A DNA stretch of 63,694 bases, the filler included, from Octopus bimaculoides (lineage: Eukaryota), in the NCBI RefSeq assembly GCF_001194135.2. It is 5 parts of 5 records of this genome, joined end to end, with 100 filler letters (N's around TTAATTAATTAA, not from the genome) between each part and the next. Parts side by side here need not be neighbours in the genome. Positions count along the whole stretch, not along the records: positions 18,975 to 34,756 come from NC_069001.1; positions 34,857 to 52,507 come from NC_068996.1; 3 more parts are not named here. One strand, 5' to 3'. Of this stretch, positions 25,005 through 39,257 are shown piece by piece. The first letter of the stretch is position 1, and each line of letters starts with the position of its first letter. The position numbers and the translations under genes were made by a program. The notes beneath the pieces were generated by a model. It was given only the letters and a program-made list of their open reading frames with translations. It was not told where the DNA came from and ran no database searches.

Positions 25005-27501
25005 NNNNNNNNNNNNNNNNNNNNNNNNNNNNNNNNNNNNNNNNNNNNNNNNNNNNNNNNNNNNNNNNNNNNNNNNNNNNNNNNNNNNNNNNNNNNNNNN
25101 NNNNNNNNNNACATATATATAATATGAATATGTACATGTGCGTGGCTATATACACATTTGTATAGTGCAAATTCGACTTACGTTTAATATGACTCTACAC
25201 GACATTTATGTATATATGTAAGTATCCATATATCTATCAATATATTTATCTTGTGTGTGTATGTGTTTGTGAATGTGTGTGCCTGTGTGCGTGTGGGTGT
25301 GCGTGCGTGTCTATGCATGCGTGACTATGTGAGTTTTATGTCATTAAGATCATATCATTAATGCGATAAACGTCTTTTATGATATTTACAGTTTTGCAAT
25401 TTATATTTCAACTTGGATGGATTTTAATTTCTTACAGCGAGCAAATTGTCAATTAATTGGTTACGCTTGATATTGAGGGATTTCATTTAGAAATGGTGAC
25501 ATATTGTTCATAATCATTAAATAAATTATCTTAATTTTAATTCTTATATGCAACAAGACAAAGAGTTTTGTTATGATTCAAGTAGCAAGCGCGATGTGTT
25601 GTCTAGTTTACAATTTGCTTTAACTCACTCTTATTCCATTTTAATTTAATTTACGTTAATGTAAACTGCCGTCAGTTTCTATATTTCTATTCTGCATACA
25701 TATAGAGCAACATTAGTAAATCATATACATATTTCGATAATATATAATGTACTGATGATATTCTTCTTAAATTCTATACAATGTATCTCAAACTTCATAT
25801 TATTAAACAATGAACAATTGTTGTCAGGTCTCTTACACGAGATGAGATGCCATGTTTTAGAATGAGGTTTTTTAAATCACGTGCTATTAATATAATTTAA
25901 AGGGAAAACGAAATAAAGAAGACTGCAATAAAATAAAATACCTCCGATATTTTGAGATAAACCTTAGAGCTGGGACCTCACTCTGAATTTACGGATGATG
26001 TATATTTATTTAAGGTAGGCAATCTATCAAAAATCATATTCGCATATGAACTGCATACAAAAAGCAACATGTTATGCATTCATAGTGTTTGAACTCGCAC
26101 ACTGGTTGCTTGTAGGACAATATTCACTCTCAAAACATTGCTTCCTCTAAAACACATCTTTGAATGATTTCAATTTCAATTTTAAATTACTAAAAACAAA
26201 CAAAATTATGTAATAACACCACTCTGTTACGATTCGATAAGTCAATTTGAAATAAAACTTTGCTTGTAAATATTTTTCCTTTGATACTTTTGCTTTTTCT
26301 TTCAATAAATTTTACATTTCAGTAATATTTTGGCGTTTGTTTTATGCAGCTTTAAATGGTTCAACACACTTTGATAGGAAAAAGTAAAATACAAATGAAT
26401 ATGTAAAATAATCTGTTTATGGAAGTCGATCATAGTTTAGCATTTATATTTTGCTGCTTAACTATTGGCTACTACACCGTTTCATTCCGGTTAAGTATTC
26501 TGTTAACTAATAGCCTTGAAGGATTATTGATTGGTTTCTACTTGCAGAGGACCAACTATGGAATAGGATGGGCGCAATAATTTGCATCAATCAAATAATT
26601 GTGTTATGACAAGTTAATCGATGACTAAATGAGGAAAAGCGAATTCAAATCCTTTGGGACCTCCAAGGCGTAACTAAAAAGAATGTTACAAATATTTTTT
26701 TTGTCTATATCACCATTTGTCGGCAATTTGTGCAGCACATTAGTGTTGTTTATGGTACCATGTATAACAACATTGCGACTATGGCACCTCTCTCATCATT
26801 TATTCTTCTCACACATAAAACATATGGTGATGTATCTTCATTTCCTTAATTACATTTTCTTTATTGAGTATAATTGACGTAATAATTAGATTTATCTCAA
26901 TTTTGTTACCCGTAAACATTCCGCAATAGAAAGGAAGAAATTAATTTTGATAATTCTGGCTACTGATTTTTGATGATATTTCAAGTGGATTACTGCACAG
27001 TTTAATAATTTACAAGTATAATTACAGCTTGCCAAATTGGTAAAATGTTTTCATAGTAATTGGAGGTCTGTGGTTGATTGCCTCATCTAAGAAAGCACTT
27101 GCAATTCACTGTGGTAATACATCCAGTTGAATGATATACAATGTTTGGAGGTCCAGTACACATATATTCGGAACTATAGGACAATTAAGTTTACTGAAGA
27201 TTTGCTACACTGACGTTCTAATTCCCAAATCTCCCATTTTTCTATTGTAAGAAAATAACGGCTCCGCTGTGATTACATACAACAGGTTTACAAATGTCTT
27301 ATATCAGAATCCGTTAATTTGAACATGAAGTATAACTTGTTTCGTTGCTAGACATTATACAATTACAGAAAATGTTTCTACCCACACACAGATTTTAATG
27401 TGCTATCCTCATCTAGGTACAAGACATTATATACCTCCTCCTTCTCTTCTTAATGCGGCTGTTTTCTTCTTACACTTTCCGAAATGTCTTCAGTAATACT
27501 A

Positions 27502-28209
27502 CGAGGGGGTACCCAAAAGAAACCGGAATTTTGCAATGTTTACACCTTTATCGCCTTCCAAGTATTCTTCATTTGAAGCAATGCGTTGGTCCAGACGCGT
27601 TCTCCCCTGTTCAACGCAGTGCTGGAACTGTTGCGATGGGATGCCTTTTAACACTTCAATCTTTTCTTTCTTCACGTCTTCCACATCTGCAAATTCCGTA
27701 GCACCACCCTTCCTCACTAATGACCTTCAAAAAAAAAAAAGTCCGGATCAACTTCCAATTGTTCTTTCAGTTCACGACCCACATTCTGTTGTGACAGTTT
27801 TTGATCTTCCGTGAGCAAGCGAGGCACAAATTTTGCTGTAACTCTTTTCATTTTCATCGCTCAAACTTCGTTGGCAGGAATGCTGGTAAACTTGTGTTTT
27901 GCTCATGGCAACGTCTTTATAAGCTTTTTGAAGCATAACAACAGTATTGGCCGCTGTTTTCCCCCAACAGAAAACAGAATTTCACGGAAGCACGCAGTTC
28001 CTTCGTTTCGGTCATCGCAAAAATCGATGAAGAGGAGAGAAGCACTATAAAACAGGGATGCACCACGTGGCAGTACGACTACAGCTGATGTCGCGAGTTG
28101 GCAGACTGATGCCTGGAGTTGAATCAAGTGGCTTCTAGCGGTGGACACCCAAACTACAACGGGCTTGTCCCACAGAGAACTTTTCCGGTTGCTTTTGGGT
28201 ACCTCCTAC
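27502..28209 (-). mobile_element. Internally deleted mariner element with both TIRs and TA TSD
   Basis: TIRs cgagggggtacccaaaagaaaccggaa (27502) and ttccggttgcttttgggtacctcctac (to 28209), TA on both sides. Minus-strand peptide pieces: MTETKELRASVKFCFLLGKTAANTVVMLQKAYKDVAMSKTQVY, MKRVTAKFVPRLLTEDQK..DPDF..KVISEEGWCYG, FADVEDVKKEKIEVLKGIPSQQFQHCVEQGRTRLDQRIASNEEYLEGDK. Confidence 0.9.
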
Positions 28210-29084
28210 TATATTTGAAGCTTGTTTTAAATTTTCTCTCAGTCTAATAATCTGCAATAATTATTATTCTGCTTTAAAAGGATACTAATATAGTAGTTAA
28301 TTAAAAATACATAGATGGGAAAGCGCAGAATATCATCACCGGAGTCCGTCATCAAGCGGCATCCACAACAGCATTTTGACTGAGAGGACAACATGCCCCT
28401 CCGGTCACCAGAAGAAGAAGAAGGAAAAGGAAGAGGAGAAGAAGAGGAGTAGGAAGAGGGAAAAGAGGCGGAAGTGAAAGAAGAGCAGAAGAATAAAAAT
28501 GAGAATAATAATAACAATAAAAAGAAGAATATAATACACACTTCATATTCTCGATGTAGTTATTGCCCCCCTACGCGCACTGGCACACAAGTGTGTAGAC
28601 AGACTAATGAAGTAAAGCACACAGCACATTTGACTGGAGATACATGTATCAAATAACATATCTACATATCCAAAAGGACAGAGATAATAGAAAGAATTTA
28701 AAAGAAATTTAAAATAATTTCTTTTTGGGGATAATGAGGTTTTATCGGTCAATTCAAGTCACATGATTGTTCTGCTATGGTAGCAATTTCAGTGATTTCA
28801 TTGATAAGTCCATCAGGTTGAACATACACGATTTGCTCGGCATTCTCTAAGGTTTCAACGGCATCAAAACTTTAGATGTAAGGCTATATGTGGTACGGTA
28901 AACAAGAGGTTAGTGCCAGTTAGTTCTCATTTGATACGATGAATTATCTCACCGACAATCATAACTTGGGATAGTAACCGATCTGATGACGTCAGTTTAG
29001 ATATGACTTTTGATGAATAATCTGTAGAAGATTTTACATAACCTGTCATGCTATGTGAGTTAGTTGATTCTGATTTAACACAGC

Positions 29085-29520
29085 CGGATTAAAAGTATCC
29101 AATGATTAAAGCTAGTCGACTGGGGTTCCTTTTGTAGCAAAAGTGTTAGCCCTATTGGACAGTTTTTCTCGGAGTCAAAGTTGGCAATTACTAGCTGCAG
29201 GTGAGTGAAGAGGGATCCTGTGACCAACGAAAATTCCGTGACATGTTGCAGATATGATGCTTCATTAGTCACTAAGTATTCGTATAAAGGGAGACATGCA
29301 GGTAGAACTTCCATTGTCTTTATATCTGGAGGGGTGTATATATTGCTTATATATTCCCTTAAAATCTTCAGTAGTCAAGCTTCTTTCGGCGATACCATCG
29401 GACGTCATTTCGTGTGATGCCTTATAGTCCATAAGATTTGGGATGGAAGATCCTCCTGGTGGGCAATTATAAACATTCAGCATTTTCAAACTGGAGTTTA
29501 GGGCGGAGACTGTGCAGATA
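29085..29520 (-). mobile_element. Possible decayed apurinic-endonuclease domain of a LINE
   Basis: In order: LNVYNCPP (cf. VYRPP), EDFKG (cf. GDFN), HLQLVIAN (cf. LDLV..N), FNHWIL (cf. SDH), across frameshifts. Confidence 0.4.
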
Positions 29521-31423
29521 CGTGTTTCTATATTTTATAGTGAGCAGTTTGAAAACCGTATTATTTAAGTATGTGTAGCTAACATTAACGTTATGAGAAT
29601 TAAAAAAATTATGATAAATAGGTGTTCTTGGGGAGTATTTTATAAATTACGTCAGGAAGCTCAAAGGTCTACAAATGAAAAGATTGGACACCATTATATA
29701 TTTCACTTCTCTTCTAACTCAATTTCGATGACTATATATGGTGGTGCATTTTTAGAACTTGGAAGATAAGCTTTTGCCTAAAGCTCGAGTGTATAAGTTT
29801 AGTTAAAGTAAATTTTAAGTTCAATTGAAGTTGCATGAGAACCACATATTATGCAGAATCACAAGTACATCTGAAGGTACCTCATTTTAAAAATTCAGTA
29901 TCACTCTCTGCGCTGATAATCTGACATGCAAGCCGTCATTTCCTAAGTATAGTTGAATGAGGTAAACACAGAAAAATTAATTAAGTGGCATAGACGAATG
30001 ACAGAAGGTCAATGGAATACACGATTTCTTAATTATCTGTCTAACGTCAAAAACACCAAAGGCCAGCACTAGACAACTCCCCTGCTATCTCTAGTTACTG
30101 AAACTGGAAGTCACTAATTAGTGTGTAACATGGAAACTACTAGAGTATCGTCACCATACATGAGCGGAAGTAATATTTATTTATAGAGTGCTAAAACTAA
30201 TATTGAATCAATCTAGTTAACGAAATCTCTCACCTAATTGAAAATCTGCAGAATAAAAATCATAGAAGCTTGTCAAAATGCACTCTATGACCTCGTTGCA
30301 GCTGCCCCTGAGGGTACTGCTGAACTGAGTAGTAAACCATGACATCTACAAAACCTAAATACTTTAAGACAAATACCATAATTGATGGTAGAGACCTTCT
30401 CTCCATATATTGCAGGCTAGAGTGGCACGTAAAACTTACTGGGAGCCTAACGAAAGAAAAATATATGCAAGATTTTACAATCGAAAATTACTTATTTAAA
30501 CATATACATAATAGTGGATGCCACACATTCAAAGAACAGAATTAAATAAGAAATTTATCGAAAAGGGAAACCCCCAAATAGAACGGGACAGGTAAAAGGG
30601 ACAAAGGGAAAATCCTTAGAGCAGAGATTGCGATAATTGCAGGGGATATAGAAAATGCTTTTTTTCGGATCTAAGGACCGCTACCATCAACAAACCGAAC
30701 ATGTACATGAACACATATATTTTGATTCTTATTAGGATCTTTTCATGTTTATTATAATATTTTCCCTCCATCCGCTTCTGTCACCCTTGTCTCACAATTT
30801 GTTTCAATTCTCAAATTCTACTTCCCTCCACAATCTTATTGTTTACCACTTGATGACGTGCAAAAAAATATTCATATCTACATGTATACAAACGTGCGCG
30901 CGCACACAAAAACACACACATACCTATGTAACTACACCCATGTTGTTTGCGATTTCTTTTCCTTCTTTGGACTTTTCTCTTTCCCCTCTCCGACGAAGAG
31001 CTATGTTTGAAACGTCAAAATCTCTCTTCTTACCGAGTGTTAATACATTCCTTGTGCGCACATCCTCTTAATGTCCGTTAGTTTTATTATTCGTCTATTT
31101 GATTTTATTATTTGAACTGACTATATATATATATATATATATNNNNNNNNNNNNNNNNNNNNNNNNNNNNNNNNNNNNNNNNNNNNNNNNNNNNNNNNNN
31201 NNNNNNNNNNNNNNNNNNNNNNNNNNNNNNNNNNNNNNNNNNNNNNNNNNNNNNNNNNNNNNNNNNNNNNNNNNNNNNNNNNNNNNNNNNNNNNNNNNNN
31301 NNNNNNNNNNNNNNNNNNNNNNNNNNNNNNNNNNNNNNNNNNNNNNNNNNNNNNNNNNNNNNNNNNNNNNNNNNNNNNNNNNNNNNNNNNNNNNNNNNNN
31401 NNNNNNNNNNNNNNNNNNNNNNN

Positions 31424-31461
<38 letters not shown>

Positions 31462-32293
31462 GAGGGAATTTTATGTATTTTTTGTATCTTATTTGTTCTT
31501 CGATTTAGGACAACAGAAAAGATTATCTGCATTTTCTCATTCCTGAAATTAAAACTTGAGAGGCGAAATGAAGATAATTCGCACTTACTATGAATTATTA
31601 GTCTTAACGGAAATAACCGCGTTTATACATATATCTTTCATGTCTTTAGAATATGCTTTTCTGCCATATTTTCTTAAAAGTTATATTTATTTTCACAGCC
31701 AACATCTGACAACAATCGTGTATGCCACATTGTCTTAACTCGTTTTCACGCATTTATCTTTTTCTCTATTATCTTCATTTAATGGAATATTTATTAGGGT
31801 CTTGTTTAACTGAATTTTCTGACTGATTTCGCTTTTAAGGTCAATAAATTATATCTAATAGTTGAAATGACCTTGTAATAAGTTTTATGAAATTTGCACA
31901 AGCAATTTGGTCAAATTCTATTACAATTAACCAAACAATCCCGAGACCTAATCCTACTGGAAATAAGCTACAAAGCGAAGAAATAAAAAAAAAACGGTGT
32001 TACCAGCAAAAACAATGAAACACTGGGGAAAAAAGCGATTTTCAGGATTTAATTCCGTAAATTGAAAGGCGTTGAATTTGCATATCACGTTTTATCTGTT
32101 CGATAAAAATAGTGCAGTCATATTCTCGTATCGATTCAATATCCTATAGTGATTACATCCTATCAAGCGAATGGCTTTATGCCAAAGCAAGAACCACTTA
32201 AAAGCAGCAAGTTTAGTAATAGTTCAGATAGTAATAGTAGTTATGGTGGTGGTAGTAGTAATAGGAGTGGTTAGGGAGGAATAGCAGCAGTCA

Positions 32294-32508
32294 GATTGGT
32301 TTCAAATTTTCGGGCACAAAGCTAGCAATCTCGGAAAGGATGTAAGTCGATTATACCGAACCAGGATTCAACTGGTACTTATTTTATCGACGCCGAGGGA
32401 TGAAAGGGAAAGTCGACCTCTGCGGAATTTGAACTAAGAACGTAAGAATAGAAGAAATGTCACTATGCATTTTGCTCAGCGTGCTAACGATTCTGCTAAT
32501 TCACCGCC
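32294..32508 (-). mobile_element. SINE family B (tail type 3)
   Basis: gattggtttcaaattttcgggcacaaagctagcaat ... gaaagtcgacctctgcggaatttgaactaagaacg ... gctaacgattctgctaattcaccgcc. Confidence 0.85.
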
Positions 32509-32940
32509 TTAATAGTAGCAGTCATTTTAATGTCTGTAGCAGCGGCATTAACAGTAGCAGCAGCAGCAGCGGCGGCGGCGGCAGAGGCAGCAGCAACAGT
32601 GGTAACAGCAGTAGCAGCTACAGCAGCAGAAGTGTGTAGTAGTAGCAGCAGAAGTAGTAGTAGCAGCAATAGTTTTAATAATGGATCTCTATAATTTTTT
32701 TCTTGCTACTTAAAATATTTCACCAGATTAAAATTTTTACCAGATTGGAGGCTTATGATTGGCTCAAATTACATAACTTTCAATTCTTGTAATTTCTTTA
32801 TACTTAATTTCTAAAGATGAAATAATAAGAAAAAAATGAACGTTATTTTCGTCATCGGCATGCAAAACTGCATCAGAACTACATCTTTTGAAACTAATAT
32901 GGTAAAAGCTTGAAATACTTCAAGTAGCTGGCAGAAATTT

Positions 32941-33013
<73 letters not shown>

Positions 33014-33030
33014 TGTTGTTGTTGTTGTTG
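32941..33030. repeat. (TAG)n then (GTT)n microsatellite
   Basis: Visible tandem units. Confidence 0.95.
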
Positions 33031-33384
33031 TGCTATTCAATGTTGTCACAAAATTCCATTCAATTTGCTTTGTTTCTTGTAAAAATCTCATCTTATTAAA
33101 CACATTATCGTTCTTACCTCATGTACGTATTATTATTCTTTCATTCAAGTCATTCGATAGCAGCTATACTAACACATCAGTTTCAAGTGTGGTCCTAACA
33201 AATTCTGTTTTAGTGTATCCATTTATATTTATCGACTGATTTACTTCCGGCAAGGAATAATAATGACCACAAGGAGCTTGTCCAAAGCAACGATTTATTG
33301 GCATTTCATTGTGATATATGCATATGCAACCGTACATAAGCACAAACTCATGCGCATATGCACACACAAACACATTGATGCACA

Positions 33385-33395
33385 CAACACCCACA

Positions 33396-33478
<83 letters not shown>
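33385..33478. repeat. (CA)n microsatellite
   Basis: Visible tandem ca units. Confidence 0.95.
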
Positions 33479-33481
<3 letters not shown>

Positions 33482-33482
<1 letters not shown>

Positions 33483-33690
33483 TGGTTTAAAATTTTGGCT
33501 CAATGCTAGCAATTTCGCGGGAAAGCTAAGTCGAGTACATCGACTCCAGTGTTCAACTGGTAGTTATCATATTGACTACAAAAGGATGAAAAGCAAAGTC
33601 TACATGGGTGGAATTTGATCTCCGACCGTAAAGCGATTCGAAATGCCACTGATAATTTTGCCCGGCATGCTAACCATTTTGGCAAATCAC
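33482..33690 (-). mobile_element. SINE family B (tail type 3)
   Basis: gtggtttaaaattttggctcaatgctagcaatttcgcggg ... aaaggatgaaaagcaaagtc ... cccggcatgctaac. Confidence 0.8.
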
Positions 33691-33978
33691 TGCCATACAT
33701 ATACATACACATACACACCATGGATTCTTCCGTCGTTAGACGACGCATGAGGGTTCTGCAATTTCTTACTGAACAATCACACAGATGACTTGTTCATAGT
33801 GATGAAATGTTTCTCTTCATATAATCTCACTTCCTCCATCAAATCGACATTACATGTGCACGTGCATTACGTGCTACATGTCATATGAAGAAATAATCGT
33901 AGAGAAATGAGAACATCACGTAACGCCCAACCTGTATATACATGCACACCCACACATACACACACACACGCACACACA

Positions 33979-34034
<56 letters not shown>

Positions 34035-34712
34035 CACGAATGTATTTATAAAATAAAATCATTAAAATTAATTTTATCAATGGCCAGCATATAAAAATCT
34101 TTTAGGTAAAATACATGTATAGAGACATATAACTGTATAGGGTACAATTATATTTAATGATATAAAAGTGACAGGACGTATTCGGTGCGTTCTTTCAGCA
34201 TATAGGTATAATAGCTTTTATGCCAGTTATCTCTTTCTTTCTCTCTTTTCTCTCTCTAACTCTCTCTCTCTCTCTCTCNNNNNNNNNNNNNNNNNNNNNN
34301 NNNNNNNNNNNNNNNNNNNNNNNNNNNNNNNNNNNNNNNNNNNNNNNNNNNNNNNNNNNNNNNNNNNNNNNNNNNNNNNNNNNNNNNNNNNNNNNNNNNN
34401 NNNNNNNNNNNNNNNNNNNNNNNNNNNNNNNNNNNNNNNNNNNNNNNNNNNNNNNNNNNNNNNNNNNNNNNNNNNNNNNNNNNNNNNNNNNNNNNNNNNN
34501 NNNNNNNNNNNTCTCTCCTCTCTCTCTCTCTCTAACGTATATACATACATATACATATATATGCATATACTCATATATTGTTTGTATCACGACAGAACGC
34601 ACGCGTTACCTTTACACAGTCAGTTTTTAACTATTTTTCTAACGCGGCTCTCTCTATTTCTATCTCCCCCTCTCATTCTTCCCTCTACTGTTCTTCGCCT
34701 CTACCTGTCACT

Positions 34713-34756
<44 letters not shown>

Positions 34757-34869
34757 NNNNNNNNNNNNNNNNNNNNNNNNNNNNNNNNNNNNNNNNNNNN
34801 TTAATTAATTAANNNNNNNNNNNNNNNNNNNNNNNNNNNNNNNNNNNNNNNNNNNNTATATATATATAT

Positions 34870-34932
34870 AAGGCGGTGCTCCAGTATGGCCAGTCATATG
34901 ACTTAAACAAATAAAAGAATAAAAGACTAAAA
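34870..34932 (+). mobile_element. SINE family A tail fragment
   Basis: aaggcggtgctccagtatggccagtcatatgacttaaacaaataaaagaataaaag. Confidence 0.7.
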
Positions 34933-35242
34933 GAATATATATATATATGCACATACATACATACGTAGATAAACACATACGTATAACAATATACGTACAA
35001 AATATATTGACGCATACATCCAACTATATATGAACGCTTTTGTTAACTTCAGTAGACGAGCTGCATCAATGCTGAGTACCACCTTCATGCATTTTATTAA
35101 TATCATGGACTCCAGGACATATATAATGAGTTTCATACATGTGTCAATTCTGGTAAAACCGAAAAAGTATATTATAGATGAAATATGAAATATAAAAACA
35201 TGGTTATATATATATAACTGTGTGGTGTGTTTGTGTGTGCGC

Positions 35243-35294
<52 letters not shown>

Positions 35295-35454
35295 GTAAGT
35301 TTGTATGTATGTATGCGTGTATGTATGTATACACAAACACACGCACGCACATATATGTGGGTGGTCGACAAACGAAAGAGATATTCATCACATTTAGTAG
35401 GAGCTACATGCCAGCTTACACGCATGCACACCTCCGCCACACACATATACATAC

Positions 35455-35485
<31 letters not shown>

Positions 35486-35701
35486 GTAAGAAAGATAGAG
35501 AGAGACAGACAGATTGGGAGGGGGGACAAACGAAAGAGAGAGTCATCAAATTTGGTAGGAATTACAACTATTATTTAATAAAAGTTTGACTCAGCTGCAT
35601 GCAGCTAAGCTCGTAGAATGACCCCAACTCGTCAAACATTTGAAGTAGTTCTGGCGGTCACAGGGTGTCCAGATAAAACGGAACATGGAAGTGTAGTTTC
35701 T

Positions 35702-36105
35702 CATGTTATTGCGTCTGAAAGAGTACATATGCTGTCTATACCATCCCTTCAAGTTATTGGCTACCATAGGCGTGTCGTATCTTGTAATACCATCGGACGG
35801 TGTGATGGCTGGCTCTATAGAGTTTATAGTATAGAATACAGCCTCTGATAGACAGTATCCACTCAGTGAGCAGTTGGTAAGATTTTGGAAGCTGCAGGGT
35901 GGGGGTGTGTATTGGAGGCTGTGTACGTTTTGCGTTTATCGTGGTGTTAGAAGCAATATTGTCTAAATAAGAGTAAGTGACCTTGGCGTTACAGGGGGTT
36001 GAAATGTTTATTATACTATAGGTTCTAGGAAGGTATTTCTTAATAAGCATCAAAATGCTGGTAGATATGTTGATTGAAACTTCTAGGATAAATGGGGGAT
36101 CGAAC
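35702..36105 (-). mobile_element. Penelope-like element (Neptune-type) linker and GIY-YIG endonuclease relic
   Basis: FDPPFILEVSINISTSILMLIKKYLPRTY...NAKVTYSYLDNIAS followed by CSLSGYCLSEAVFY...ANNLKGWYRQHMYSFR, resembling the FNPP..F / KVSYSC..N / CPL.G.CL / F..RW..H..SF motif series. Confidence 0.7.
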
Positions 36106-37861
36106 CTCTCTGTCCCCTTTTATCAGGAGATTCCATGACCACCGGAATGATTTCCCCAACATGGAATACAGTAACATTTAACAGTCCCCATCCTGTAGTC
36201 AACTAGAGCTCACAATTACCACCTCTGCCACCGCGAGAGATTACACATACTCCACCAACAGGTGGAGTATCCATCAACAGGGGGTATGCCCTATTGATGA
36301 ACTTCATGCCACCAACACCTGACACTCCAGATACACCATATTAGGCATGCCTTCTCCACACTAAAAAAACATAGCACTTAACCCCTGTCATCCGTATAGA
36401 CTTCTGCCCAACAAATGTTGGCAGTCCAAACTGACAAATTTTTATATCACCACCTAATCTAGTTACCCCTACAGAATAGCTGTTGCCGTTATAGTGCTAG
36501 TCTTCCTCTTACTCGTAGCAACACCCCGCTCTAACATGTCTAGCAACAAGTGCAATGAACTGATATCGCTAAATAAACAATACCGTAGACTCAAGACATT
36601 GCAGCAACTCTTCCTACTAACTTCTAGATCACGTGACCTGAGAATAAAAATAAGAATGCCGTTTCGTAATCTGAGTTGACGGATAGAGACCAAACATCTA
36701 GAAGCCATCTTGAATGTGTTCATTTCCTNNNNNNNNNNNNNNNNNNNNNNNNNNNNNNNNNNNNNNNNNNNNNNNNNNNNNNNNNNNNNNNNNNNNNNNN
36801 NNNNNNNNNNNNNNNNNNNNNNNNNNNNNNNNNNNNNNNNNNNNNNNNNNNNNNNNNNNNNNNNNNNNNNNNNNNNNNNNNNNNNNNNNNNNNNNNNNNN
36901 NNNNNNNNNNNNNNNNNNNNNNNNNNNNNNNNNNNNNNNNNNNNNNGCGTGCGTGCGTGCGTACGTGCGTGTGTGTGTGTGTGTGTGTGTGTAGACCTTA
37001 TGATCGAGGAGAACCATCACCGCCCATTGCCGTTGAAAATGTCAGCAATGCCTGTGCTTAAGGCTTTTGCTCCTGCGGTTGTCTACTGCAGCTTTCTTGC
37101 TCGCCGCGGCTACTTCCGACTCGATGTGGCATCGGTAAGTAGTCTCACCGGCGATCACACAAGCAAAAATCTTAAGTACAATAAGGCTTGCACACCTCAC
37201 AGACCTTCTCTACCTTATTGACATCATCCAGAGACAAGTCAGGGCAAGATATCCAGTGACAGTATGGGTCACAGACTCAGGAGTGTAGGAGAAAAGACGC
37301 TCAAAATATCCAATGCTATTCTCTCTATATCCGATTTTATATCGGGGTCACTTTCTTTAAGAGACATTCTTTAGCTAAAGTTGAGAGGTGCTTCACTTTC
37401 AGTGGTTTTCCAGAACACCGGACACCAACCTGGTTATAATTCTGAGGGCTTGAACTATTGCTAGATAGTCGTTGAACGCGTACTGGATTCATCTGTTGTT
37501 TTGTCAAGTATTATTTTCAATCATGCTGAGTTTTTAGCAACCCTCCTCACCTACCAAACTTAGTGGGGGTGCCAGTTTAGTAGCCGACCACCCGACCATG
37601 CAACATATTGTTCTGCATTCTCTGTTACCAGGTGTACTCATCTGAGACCTCACAAGTGACCTAAAATACACACTTACATATATTGTCAAAATTTGCTACA
37701 CATCTCCATTATACAATACACTTTTGAAAATCTAATATGAAACCGGTAAGGTTTATTCCTATATTTTAAAATGTATTTGAATTCTAATTATATCCTCTGT
37801 TCATTTTCAACTTCATTTTTTCTATTCCTCTAATTGTTCGAATTTTGGGATTAATAGCAAT

Positions 37862-37893
<32 letters not shown>

Positions 37894-38124
37894 AAATACA
37901 GTCTATAAGAAGGAAATTCAATCAGTACGGCACTCACTGAAATGCAGAGCGGAGAAGGGATCTCGAACCTAGGTCTTATGATTATCTATTGAGCCTCCTT
38001 CCAGAAACTAAAATAAATAGTTGAGCACTACTCATGTTTGAGTGCAATACCCCTAATCCTGCAACCATCAAGTAATTTTTCTTTTTAGCTTACCTCTGTA
38101 TGTGTGCGTGTATGTACTTATCTT

Positions 38125-38232
38125 TTAAAATCTAGTATTTATTCTATCGATCTCTTGCCGAACCGTTAAGTAACGACGATGCAAACGTACCAACACCAGT
38201 TGCCAAGCGGTGGTGGGGGACAGACACAGACA
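38125..38232 (-). mobile_element. SINE family A 3'-half fragment
   Basis: tagtatttattctatcgatctcttgccgaaccgttaagtaac ... gtggtgggggacagacac. Confidence 0.75.
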
Positions 38233-38254
38233 CCCATTCTGGTTTTGTTACATG

Positions 38255-38580
38255 TTTCATTCATTTGACTGCGGCCATGCTGGAGCACCGCCTTAAAGGG
38301 TTTTTAGTCGAATGAACCAGCCTCAGTACTTGTTTTTTTAAAGTCATGTACTTATTCTATCAATCTTTGGCCAAACCGTTAAGTTACTGGGACGTAAACA
38401 CACCAACACCAATTATCAAACGGTGATGGGGATCGAACACAATGACACACACACATTTATATACACGACGGTCCTCTGGCTTCTTTCAGTTTCCATTTAC
38501 AAAATTCACTCACATGGCTTTAGTAGAAGGTCTCACGCATTCGGACTGAACCCGGAACAATGTGGTTGGGACGCAAGCTT
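38255..38580 (-). mobile_element. SINE family A copy, head interrupted by a family B copy
   Basis: catttgactgcggccatgctggagcaccgcc ... ggcttctttcagtttcc ... gactgaacccggaacaatgtggttgggacgcaagcttc, then the B tail begins. Confidence 0.8.
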
Positions 38581-38724
38581 CTTATTTATTTATTGCCCAC
38601 AAGGGGCTAAACATAGAGGGGGGCAAACAAGGACAGACAAAGGGATTAAGTCGATTACATCGACTCCAGTGCGCAACTGGTACTTAATTTATCGATCCCG
38701 GAAGGATGAAAGGCAAAGTCGACC
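38581..38724 (-). mobile_element. 5'-truncated SINE family B (tail type 1)
   Basis: ttattgcccacaaggggctaaacatagag ... gaaggatgaaaggcaaagtcgacc. Confidence 0.85.
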
Positions 38725-38747
38725 ATACTGCCAAACCTGCACCTACA

Positions 38748-38879
<132 letters not shown>

Positions 38880-39100
38880 CACACATATACAATTTGTCGT
38901 TCTATCATTGCATTGCTTTCGTAACGAGAAAATACTAACAATTTCTTACGATGACCTTTACTATATAACAGCTTAAAATGACTGCGGTAGGTTCAAATTA
39001 CGTAATAATAATGAATAATGTAAATATCCGCATTAGCAATTAAACTAATTTTTCTGTATTGAAACATTGCTATTTCATTATCATTTTCAATAGATTTAAG

Positions 39101-39205
39101 TGAGACAGCTTGGTATATTGATACAGCAATTACAGCGTGAAAGAGGAAGCTACCTATTAACCATTCAAAAAGACGAAACTACTGTTAATTTAACTTATGC
39201 ATTTA
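39101..39205 (+). CDS. Candidate exon resembling the start of a NIT (nitrate/nitrite-sensing) domain
   Basis: After tcattttcaatagatttaag the frame reads (x)RQLGILIQQLQRERGSYLLTIQKDETTVNLTYAF, resembling the NIT-domain motif L..LVH.LQ.ERG. No convincing donor and no further NIT or cyclase exons recognised. Confidence 0.35.
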
Positions 39206-39257
39206 TTGTTTGGCTTCAAAATTGTGGCCTGGTCACTGACACGATTCCACTACAACT

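Noticed and set aside
28983-29015. CTGATGA followed by a short stem, as a hammerhead
   Set aside because: There is no GAAA after the stem and no cleavage triplet geometry.
29138-29200. 63-nt plus-strand exon candidate (ttccttttgtag ... cag|gtgagt)
   Set aside because: It lies within what looks like an antisense LINE endonuclease relic, and the peptide is unrecognisable.
33164-33490. VCVC/HTHT/YIYI/LSLS repeat ORFs throughout the window
   Set aside because: These are translations of dinucleotide microsatellites, with no coding evidence.
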